Source of the DNA: Candidatus Nanopelagicales bacterium
GTDB taxonomy: Bacteria > Actinomycetota > Actinomycetes > S36-B12
DNA length: 52,412 nt
Assembly: GCA_023263845.1 (NCBI GenBank)
Contig: JALQUH010000131.1
Span: 1-52,412 of the forward strand
Direction of reading: 5' to 3'
Position 1 is the first letter of the stretch, and each line of letters starts with the position of its first letter. A program made the translations under genes and the position numbers. Positions 45,419 through 52,412 of this stretch are shown here, piece after piece. The notes under the pieces are model-generated. The model did no database searches, had not been told where the DNA came from, and saw only the letters and a list, made by a program, of their open reading frames with translations.

Positions 45419-48400
45419 GTGGCGCAGGAGAGTTTTGGCACGAACGAATGGCTGGTGGACGAGATCTACCAGCAGTACCTCAACGACCGCACCAGTGTCG
45501 ATCCCGCCTGGTGGGACTTCTTCGCCGACTACACACCGGCTGATGGCTCAGCCGCCAAGGCCCAGGTCACCTATCAGCGAGCGGTGGAGGCCGCCGCCGA
45601 GTCGGTAAGGCCGCCGGCCGAGGTCACGGCCACCCCCGCAACTCCCCCACCAACCGGCGAGATCGCGACGCTACGAGGCCCGGCCGCCCGCGTGGTCGCC
45701 AACATGGAGGCGAGCCTCGCGGTCCCGACGGCCACGAGCGTGCGCGGTGTCCCCGCCAAGCTCCTCATGGACAACCGCGTCGTCATCAACAACCACCTTG
45801 CGCGCGGCCGCGGCGGCAAAGTTTCCTTCACCCACATCATCGGCTACGCCCTGATCCGCGCCCTCCGCGATGTGCCCGCGATGAACGCCTCATACGCCGA
45901 CATCGACGGCAAGCCGGCCGTCGTGATGAACCCCAACGTCAATCTCGGCGTCGCCATCGATCTGGCAAAGCCCGACGGCTCGCGTCAACTTCTCGTCCCC
46001 AATATCAAAGCCGCGCAGGACATGGACTTCGCCGGCTTCTGGTCGGCTTACGAGGACGTCATCCGACGGGCCCGCTCCGGATCGCTCGGCGTCGATGACT
46101 TCGTCGGGACGACGTTGAGCCTGACCAACCCGGGAACGATCGGGACCGAGCACTCAGTGCCTCGTCTGATGAGCGGCCAGGGGTGCATCGTCGGCGTCGG
46201 CGCGATGGATTACCCCGCCGAATGGCAGGGCGCCTCGGAGGAGTCACTGGTCCGCAACGCCGTGAGCAAGACCCTCACCCTCACCTCGACATACGACCAC
46301 CGCATCATTCAGGGTGCCCAGTCCGGGGAGTTCCTGAGGCGGATCAGCCAGTTGCTGCTCGGCGAAGATCACTTTTACGACGAGATCTTCCGGAGTCTGC
46401 GGATCCCCTACGAACCCGTCCGGTGGGCCCAGGATCTTGCCGCATCGCACGAGACCGACCTCAACAAGACCGTCCGCGTGCAGGAAGTGATCCACGCCTA
46501 CCGCGTCCGCGGCCATCTCATGGCCGATACCAATCCCCTCGAATACGAACAGCGAATGCACCCCGATCTCGACGTGCTATCGCACAAGTTGACCCTGTGG
46601 GATCTCGATCGTGAGTTCGCCACGGGTGGCTTTGCGGGCAAGCCGCTCATGAAACTTCGCGAGATCCTCGGTGTCCTACGCGACTCCTACACGCGCAGCA
46701 TCGGTATCGAGTACATGCACATCCAAGATCCCGAGCAGCGCGAATGGATCCAAGAACGCGTGGAGGTGCCCCACCACAAGCCCTCACGTGAGGAGCAGTT
46801 GCGCATTCTGCACAAGCTCAACGAGGCGGAGGCTTTCGAAACCTTCCTGCAGACCAAGTACGTCGGGCAGAAGCGCTTCTCTCTCGAGGGCTCGGAGTCA
46901 CTTATCCCGCTGCTCGACGAGATTCTCTACTGCGCGGCGCACGCCGATGTGATCGAGGTCGCGATCGGTATGCCGCATCGCGGGCGCCTGAACGTACTCA
47001 CCAATATCGCCGGGAAGGGTTTCCGGCAGGTCTTTGCCGAGTTCGAGGGCAACTACGGCGAGGAATCGGTGCAGGGCTCCGGCGACGTGAAGTACCACCT
47101 GGGCACGCAGGGCACCTACCGCAGTCGGGACGGACACGAGACCCTCGTCTACGTCGCCGCCAATCCCTCGCACCTCGAGGCGGTCGATCCGGTCCTCGAA
47201 GGCATCGTGCGTGCCAAGCAGGATCTGCTGCCGCGCGATGAGGTCCCCCGCATCGTGCCCCTCCTGCTGCACGGGGATGCGGCGTTCGCTGGCCAGGGCA
47301 TCGTCGCCGAGACCCTCAACCTCTCGCAGTTGCAGGGGTATCGCACGGCGGGCACGGTTCACGTAGTCGTCAACAACCAGGTCGGTTTCACCACCTCGCC
47401 GAAGTACAGCCGCTCGTCGGTCTACCCGACCGACGTAGCGCGCATGGTGCAGGCGCCGATCTTCCATGTGAACGGCGACGACCCCGAGGCCGTTGTTCGT
47501 GTGGCCAAGCTCGCTTTCGAGTTCCGGCAGGCCTTCCACAAGGACGTAGTCATCGACCTCGTCACCTACCGTCGTCGCGGCCACAACGAGGCCGACGATC
47601 CCTCGCTCACGCAGCCCCTCATGTACGAACTCATCGACGCCAAGCGCTCGGTGCGCAAGCACTACACCGAATCGCTCATTGGCCGCGGCGACATCACCGT
47701 CGAGGAGGCCGAGGAGGCGCTGCGCCACTTCCAGGAACAGCTCGAGCATGTCTTCCAGGAAACCCGCACCGATGCGCCGGAAGCCCACACCTTCAGCGAC
47801 TCCTCCGACGAGGTCGTGCGCACCGGGCAACTCACGCTGGCACCGATGGGGCCGGCCGGCGACATTCTCACCGGCATCGAGCGCTCCGCGGTGGACCTCG
47901 TGGTCGAATCCCAACTCACCATGCCCGATGGCTTCACCCTCCATCCCCGGCTGGCACCGCAATTGCAGCGTCGTGCGCAGATGATCGAGGACGGCACCAT
48001 CGACTGGGGCATGGCCGAGGCGCTCGCCATCGGCTCGCTACTGCTCGAGGGGCGCTCGGTGCGCCTGTCCGGCCAGGATTCACGCCGCGGAACGTTCGGA
48101 CACCGCCACGCGGTCATCGTTGATAAGGCGACCGGTTGGCAGTACAAGCCACTCAAGCGGCTCTACCGTGACGGTTCCAAGTTGTGGGTCTATGACTCCA
48201 TGCTCAGTGAGTTCGCCGCCGTGGGCTTCGAATACGGATACTCCGTTGCGAGACCGGAGGTACTAACGATGTGGGAGGCGCAGTTCGGCGACTTCGTCGA
48301 CGGCGCTCAGACCATCACTGATGAGTTCATCTCCTCCGGCGAGCAGAAGTGGAATCAGCGTTCGTCGCTGGTCATGCTCCTCCCCCACGGCTACGAGGGG

Positions 48401-49015
48401 CAGGGGCCTGATCACTCGTCCGCACGCATCGAGCGCTTCCTGCAGATGTGTGCCCAGGACAACATGACGATCGCGATGCCCTCCACGCCAGCGTCGTACT
48501 TCCATCTGCTGCGCTGGCAGGCGCTGTCACCTCTCATTCGTCCCCTGGTGATCTTCACGCCGAAGTCCCTCCTGCGTGCGAAGTTCGCCACGTCAGCGCT
48601 CGATGACTTCACCCAGGGGTCCTTCCGTCCGGTGATCCCGGACACCACGGTTGAGCCGGACGACGTACGCCGGGTACTGCTGTGCAGTGGCAAGGTCTAC
48701 TACGACCTCGTCGCCGAGCGGGAGGCCCGAGGAGATCGAGAGACCGCGATCATCCGACTCGAGCGGCTGTACCCGCTGCCGTGGCGAACTCTGCCGGCGA
48801 TGGTCGGTGCCTACCCGAACGCCTCAGTCGTGCGCTGGGTCCAGGAGGAGCCGGCGAATCAGGGGGCCTGGTCGTTCATGGCATTGAACCTGCCGGAGAT
48901 CATCGGTCGATCCCTCGAGTGCGTGTCGCGACCCTCGTCATCCTCCCCCGCGGTGGGCAGCCACCACCGCCACGAGGAGGAGCAGAAGTGGGTCGTGCAG
49001 GCGGCGTTCAACTAG
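45419..49015 (+). CDS. kgd: multifunctional 2-oxoglutarate decarboxylase/dehydrogenase E1 with an E2-like acyltransferase segment (Kgd/OdhA type)
   Basis: The N-terminus VAQESFGTNEWLVDEIYQQY parallels the mycobacterial Kgd start. Other motifs: acyltransferase TSTYDHRIIQGAQSG and ThDP core GMPHRGRLNVL, LHGDAAFAGQG, VNNQVGFTT. The alternative start is GTG 45353. Confidence 0.93.
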   Translation: MAQESFGTNEWLVDEIYQQYLNDRTSVDPAWWDFFADYTPADGSAAKAQVTYQRAVEAAAESVRPPAEVTATPATPPPTGEIATLRGPAARVVANMEASLAVPTATSVRGVPAKLLMDNRVVINNHLARGRGGKVSFTHIIGYALIRALRDVPAMNASYADIDGKPAVVMNPNVNLGVAIDLAKPDGSRQLLVPNIKAAQDMDFAGFWSAYEDVIRRARSGSLGVDDFVGTTLSLTNPGTIGTEHSVPRLMSGQGCIVGVGAMDYPAEWQGASEESLVRNAVSKTLTLTSTYDHRIIQGAQSGEFLRRISQLLLGEDHFYDEIFRSLRIPYEPVRWAQDLAASHETDLNKTVRVQEVIHAYRVRGHLMADTNPLEYEQRMHPDLDVLSHKLTLWDLDREFATGGFAGKPLMKLREILGVLRDSYTRSIGIEYMHIQDPEQREWIQERVEVPHHKPSREEQLRILHKLNEAEAFETFLQTKYVGQKRFSLEGSESLIPLLDEILYCAAHADVIEVAIGMPHRGRLNVLTNIAGKGFRQVFAEFEGNYGEESVQGSGDVKYHLGTQGTYRSRDGHETLVYVAANPSHLEAVDPVLEGIVRAKQDLLPRDEVPRIVPLLLHGDAAFAGQGIVAETLNLSQLQGYRTAGTVHVVVNNQVGFTTSPKYSRSSVYPTDVARMVQAPIFHVNGDDPEAVVRVAKLAFEFRQAFHKDVVIDLVTYRRRGHNEADDPSLTQPLMYELIDAKRSVRKHYTESLIGRGDITVEEAEEALRHFQEQLEHVFQETRTDAPEAHTFSDSSDEVVRTGQLTLAPMGPAGDILTGIERSAVDLVVESQLTMPDGFTLHPRLAPQLQRRAQMIEDGTIDWGMAEALAIGSLLLEGRSVRLSGQDSRRGTFGHRHAVIVDKATGWQYKPLKRLYRDGSKLWVYDSMLSEFAAVGFEYGYSVARPEVLTMWEAQFGDFVDGAQTITDEFISSGEQKWNQRSSLVMLLPHGYEGQGPDHSSARIERFLQMCAQDNMTIAMPSTPASYFHLLRWQALSPLIRPLVIFTPKSLLRAKFATSALDDFTQGSFRPVIPDTTVEPDDVRRVLLCSGKVYYDLVAEREARGDRETAIIRLERLYPLPWRTLPAMVGAYPNASVVRWVQEEPANQGAWSFMALNLPEIIGRSLECVSRPSSSSPAVGSHHRHEEEQKWVVQAAFN

Positions 49016-49019
49016 CGCC

Positions 49020-49196
49020 ATGTACTTCACCGACCGAGGCATCGAGGAGCTCCAACGCCGCCGCGGCGAGGAGGAGGTCAGCCTGGACTGGCTGGCCGAG
49101 CGACTGATCGAGTTCGTCGACCTGAATCCGGAGTTCGAAACTCCGATCGAGCGGCTGGCCACCTGGCTCGCCCGTCTCGACGACGAAGAAGACTAG
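49020..49196 (+). CDS. conserved actinobacterial small acidic protein (DUF6104-like), 58 aa
   Basis: Hand translation: MYFTDRGIEELQRRRGEEEVSLDWLAERLIEFVDLNPEFETPIERLATWLARLDDEED*. It is below the ORF-track size cut-off. It starts 5 nt after the kgd stop. From memory, the sequence matches a small protein widespread in Actinobacteria. Confidence 0.6.
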   Translation: MYFTDRGIEELQRRRGEEEVSLDWLAERLIEFVDLNPEFETPIERLATWLARLDDEED

Positions 49197-49206
49197 TTTC
49201 TTCGTC
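49182..49206 (+). terminator. perfect 9-bp hairpin spanning the stop codon of the small ORF; possible terminator or stability element
   Basis: gacgaagaa (49182-90) / ttcttcgtc (49198-206) with loop gactagt, which contains the TAG stop. A second hairpin, tcccgc-gattgt-gcggga, lies at 49218-35. The U-tract is weak. Confidence 0.35.
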
Positions 49207-49304
49207 TCCTGTGCACTTCCCGCGATTGTGCGGGAGATTCGCCCGCGGCAAGCGCGAAGAAGGCGACCTCGTACGCCGCGCGCAGCGGTCCAGGGAAGGC
49301 AAAG

Positions 49305-50552
49305 ATGAGCACGCTCGGCGAGATTCGCACGGTCCTGCGCGGACCGTTCCGCATCCTTGCCGCCGGACGATTCCTCAACGCCATCGGCAATGGGATGACC
49401 CTCTCCCTGCTGGTGGTCTATCTCTCCCAGGTCCGCGAGATCCCAATCCTCACCGCCTCGCTGGTACTGGCATGGATGGCGGTGGTCGGGCTCGCGGCAA
49501 CGCCGATGATCGGGACCTTCACGGACCGCTTCGGCCCCCGCCCCGTGCTTCTCATCGCCATCGGCCTGGAGGCTCTCGGCGTGGCGCTCCTGTCACAGGT
49601 CACCAACGTGCCTGCTGCCTTTGCGGTCGCCTCGCTCATGTCCCTGGGCGCCGCCGGCATCTGGGGGCCGGATAGCACCTTCACCGCGAGACTCGTCCCG
49701 GAGGAGATGCGGACGACGGCATTCGCTCTCGGATTCATGCTGCTGAATCTCGGCCTCGGATTAGGTGGGCTCATCGGCGCGTTGATCATCGACATCGCTC
49801 GGCCCGAGACCTTCGTCCTGCTCTACCTCGTTGACGCAGCGACATTTGGCTTCTCCTTCATCGCGGTCCTCGCCCTGCGCGGCCACGGCGGGCCAAGTCC
49901 GGCGGCAACCGCCGACGCACAGCGCTCCGAGGATCCACCGGACGGTTGGGCGGCTGCCGTCGCCGACGGCCGATTGCGCCGACTGGTGGCGGTGTCGCTA
50001 CTGCTGCTCGTGTGCGGCTACGGGTCCGTCGAAGCAGGGCTCGCGATCTTCATCACCGACACCGCCGAACTGCCGGAGAGCGCCATCGGGCTGGTGTGGC
50101 TGACCAATACGCTCACCATCGTCGTCGGGCAGATCCTTGTGCTGCGCCTGCTTCGCGGGCGCTCGCGCACCCGTCTGATTGGGGTCGTCGGCCTGCTGTG
50201 GGGCGTGTCGTGGCTCATCTTGGCCGCCGTACCCGAGATTCCGCGAATGCCGGCATTCATTCTGCTGTTGGGTTCGACAGTGATCTTCGCGTTGGGTGAG
50301 ACGGTGTGGAGCCCCACCGCGCCAGCACTCGTCAACGCCATCGCGCCCGATCATCTTCGCGGTCGTTACAACTCGGCGCAGTCCCTCACGTGGAATCTCG
50401 GTGCCATGGGCGCCCCCCTCGCCTCCGGCGCCCTCATCGGTGCCGGTCGCGGCGCGCTGTGGGCACTTCTGGTGGGCGTGGGATGTGTGCTCGCCGGGCT
50501 CTACGCGCAGACACTGCGCCACATGCTGTCCCGATCCGAGGACGGGCAATAG
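49305..50552 (+). CDS. MFS transporter, unknown substrate
   Basis: 415 aa with a 12-helix-like hydrophobic profile and the DRFGPRP loop between TM2 and TM3. GGGAAGG ahead of the ATG. Confidence 0.8.
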   Translation: MSTLGEIRTVLRGPFRILAAGRFLNAIGNGMTLSLLVVYLSQVREIPILTASLVLAWMAVVGLAATPMIGTFTDRFGPRPVLLIAIGLEALGVALLSQVTNVPAAFAVASLMSLGAAGIWGPDSTFTARLVPEEMRTTAFALGFMLLNLGLGLGGLIGALIIDIARPETFVLLYLVDAATFGFSFIAVLALRGHGGPSPAATADAQRSEDPPDGWAAAVADGRLRRLVAVSLLLLVCGYGSVEAGLAIFITDTAELPESAIGLVWLTNTLTIVVGQILVLRLLRGRSRTRLIGVVGLLWGVSWLILAAVPEIPRMPAFILLLGSTVIFALGETVWSPTAPALVNAIAPDHLRGRYNSAQSLTWNLGAMGAPLASGALIGAGRGALWALLVGVGCVLAGLYAQTLRHMLSRSEDGQ

Positions 50553-50555
50553 GCC

Positions 50556-51734
50556 TCAGCGGCGGGCGACACCGTCGCGGCGCGCGGCCTCGGCCACCGC
50601 GCGCGGAACCTCGGCTGACACCCGGCGATCAAAGACACTGGGGACGACGTAATCGGCACTGAGCTCATCGCCCACCACATCGGCGATAGCGTGCGCAGCC
50701 GCCAACTTCATCCCCGACGTGATCACCGGCGCGCCCACGTCGAGCGAACCGCGGAAGATACCGGGGAACGCCAGCACGTTGTTGATCTGATTGGGGAAGT
50801 CGCTGCGCCCGGTGGCCACGACCGCCGCGTGCCGCCGCGCCACCTCCGGGTGGATCTCCGGATCGGGGTTGGCGAGGGCGAAGATGAAGCAACCCGGCGC
50901 CATGCGCGCCACGGTGTCGTCGTGGATCGTGCCAGCGGAGACACCGATGAAGACGTCGGCACCGACAAGCGCGTCATCGATCGACCCGGAGATGTTCGCC
51001 TTGTTGGTGCGCTCCAGCAGCGCGATCTTGATGTCGTTGAGGTCGCCTCGGTCTGCGGAGATGATCCCTTTGGAGTCCGCCACCGCGATATCGCCGATGC
51101 CCGCGTCGAGCAGGATGTCTGTTACGGCGACACCCGCCGCACCGGCACCAGACACGACGGCGCGCAGGTCACTGATCTCGCGACCGGTGAGCTTGGCTGC
51201 GTTGATGAGCGCCGCCAGCACCACGACCGCGGTGCCGTGCTGATCGTCGTGGAAGACCGGGATATCCAAAGCCTCATCGAGCCGACGCTCGATCTCAAAG
51301 CAGCGCGGTGCGCTGATGTCCTCGAGGTTGACGCCGCCGTACGCCGGGGCGATGCGGATGACCGTCTCGACGATCTCGTCGACGTCCTTGGTGTCGAGGC
51401 AGATCGGAACGGCATCGACACCGCCGAACTCCTTGAACAGCAGCGCCTTGCCCTCCATGACGGGCAAAGCCGCCTCGGGACCGATGTCGCCCAACCCGAG
51501 GACCGCCGTGCCGTCAGTGACGATGAGGACCGTGTTGGCCTTCCAGGTGTACTCGCGGGCGAGATTGGGGTCGGCCGCAATGGCGCTGGAGACCCGAGCC
51601 ACACCGGGCGTGTAAGCCAGTGCCAGGCCCTCGCGATCCCGGATGCGCACGGTCGGGCGTACCTCGATCTTGCCGCCCTGGTGCAATGGGAATACAGGAT
51701 CGATGTGCGTGATATCGCCGTCTCCGGAGGACAT
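50556..51734 (-). CDS. NAD(P)-dependent malic enzyme (short bacterial form)
   Basis: HQGGKIEV...LALAYTPGVARV, VVSGAGAAG, ALANPDPEI. ATG 51734 avoids the 43-nt overlap with sodX that the track start at 51791 would imply. Confidence 0.88.
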   Translation of the reverse strand: MSSGDGDITHIDPVFPLHQGGKIEVRPTVRIRDREGLALAYTPGVARVSSAIAADPNLAREYTWKANTVLIVTDGTAVLGLGDIGPEAALPVMEGKALLFKEFGGVDAVPICLDTKDVDEIVETVIRIAPAYGGVNLEDISAPRCFEIERRLDEALDIPVFHDDQHGTAVVVLAALINAAKLTGREISDLRAVVSGAGAAGVAVTDILLDAGIGDIAVADSKGIISADRGDLNDIKIALLERTNKANISGSIDDALVGADVFIGVSAGTIHDDTVARMAPGCFIFALANPDPEIHPEVARRHAAVVATGRSDFPNQINNVLAFPGIFRGSLDVGAPVITSGMKLAAAHAIADVVGDELSADYVVPSVFDRRVSAEVPRAVAEAARRDGVARR

Positions 51735-51748
51735 AGTCGGACAGTCAA

Positions 51749-52078
51749 TCACCGAGTGAGCCGTCGCGGTGGCCAGGGTGAGTAACGCCACACAAGTCGG
51801 CCGAGGACTCGAGCCCTCGGGAGCGGCCCAAAATGCCTACTGTCGGCGCTGTGCTCGGGGTTGTCTCCTTCCACCCACCACCCGTCGCGATCGGGGCGCA
51901 CTACGCGTTTCACCGCGACCATGCCGGATCGGGTGGGGTGGTCAAAGACGACGACGTCCCCTGGACGGCACTTCCTGGTGCGCCAGGCAATCCACCACTC
52001 GCCATCGCTCAGAGTTGGCGCCATGGACTCGCCAGCGATGGCGACCCGTAGCAGCGGCCAACTGGGCATAGGGAACAT
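51749..52078 (-). CDS. sodX: Ni-SOD maturation peptidase SodX (S26 signal-peptidase-like)
   Basis: 109 aa with GESMAPTL (nucleophile Ser context) and GDNPEHSADSR. It is divergent from and adjacent to sodN. Confidence 0.85.
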   Translation of the reverse strand: MFPMPSWPLLRVAIAGESMAPTLSDGEWWIAWRTRKCRPGDVVVFDHPTRSGMVAVKRVVRPDRDGWWVEGDNPEHSADSRHFGPLPRARVLGRLVWRYSPWPPRRLTR

Positions 52079-52183
52079 CTTGACCTCCTTGGCGCCGGCT
52101 GGGCCACCGGGTGCCGCTGATCGGCGACCGGACTAGGGTGAACTCATCGGGCGCTCGTCCCGCGCCCCACGGACGGAGGAGAC

Positions 52184-52412
52184 ATGCTCAATCGCCTGAC
52201 CGCCTGGCTCGCGCCGCGGACCACGGCTCACGCCCACTGCGACCTGCCCTGTGGCGTCTACGACCCCGCCCAGGCCCGGCTCGAGGCCGAGTCTGTGAAG
52301 GCCTGCATGGAGAAGTACCACGCGTCGGACGACCCGATCTTCAAGGAGCGCGCCGTTTCGATCAAGGAAGAGCGCTCCCACATGGTCAAGGAGCACCTGT
52401 GGGTGCTGTGGA
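52184..52412 (+). CDS. sodN: nickel superoxide dismutase precursor (partial; runs off the right edge)
   Basis: Hand translation: MLNRLTAWLAPRTTAHA-HCDLPCGVYDPAQARLEAESVKACMEKY.... This shows the Ni-hook HCxxPCGVY after a short propeptide. GGAGGA ahead of the ATG. Confidence 0.92.
   Translation, partial: MLNRLTAWLAPRTTAHAHCDLPCGVYDPAQARLEAESVKACMEKYHASDDPIFKERAVSIKEERSHMVKEHLWVLW

Overview
This is a high-GC actinobacterial chromosomal segment; stretches I counted by hand are about 62-69% GC. The exception is the first ~446 nt, which are ~40% GC and are joined in frame to a 3'-truncated rho.

Gene content from left to right:
- The conserved housekeeping block rho-thrB-thrC-hom-lysA and argS, all on the minus strand.
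- cspA, tRNA-Arg(CCG), and four accessory genes: an esterase, a CPBP protease, a DUF2252-like protein and an alpha/beta hydrolase.
- A 520-bp gene-free gap holding a candidate structured RNA.
- The three-gene olefin cluster oleA-oleBC-oleD.
- A PAC2 protein, an Ala/Lys-rich repeat protein and a GTPase-DUF697 protein.
- A nucleoside-catabolism group: cdd, a phospho-sugar mutase and an animal-type uridine phosphorylase.
- A CoA-transferase plus thioesterase pair, sbcDC, a sugar MFS transporter, an aldehyde dehydrogenase and an acyl-CoA dehydrogenase.
- A molybdenum-cofactor block. Here moaE-moaA, moaD and mogA are interleaved with a CoxG / XdhC-YHS / MoxR (CoxD-like) / VWA (CoxE-like) maturation module and a second XdhC plus MocA-like pair. 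No Mo-hydroxylase structural genes are present.
- kgd, a 58-aa conserved small ORF, an MFS gene, malic enzyme, and sodX/sodN (Ni-SOD), which runs off the right edge.

The ORF track omits ORFs that run off the window edge and ORFs under 60 aa, so I translated those by hand (rho, the low-GC fragment, sodN, the 58-aa ORF). Many long track ORFs are alternative-frame shadows of real genes, as expected in high-GC DNA.

I found no convincing new multi-gene defence-type system. The items most worth a second look are:
- the orphan structured-RNA candidate at 14.5-14.8 kb;
- the Mo-hydroxylase maturation module without its enzyme, including the XdhC-YHS fusion and a MocA-like gene with no canonical start codon;
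- the compositional and chimeric junction at ~446/447.

All family assignments come from motif recognition by eye. No database search was run.
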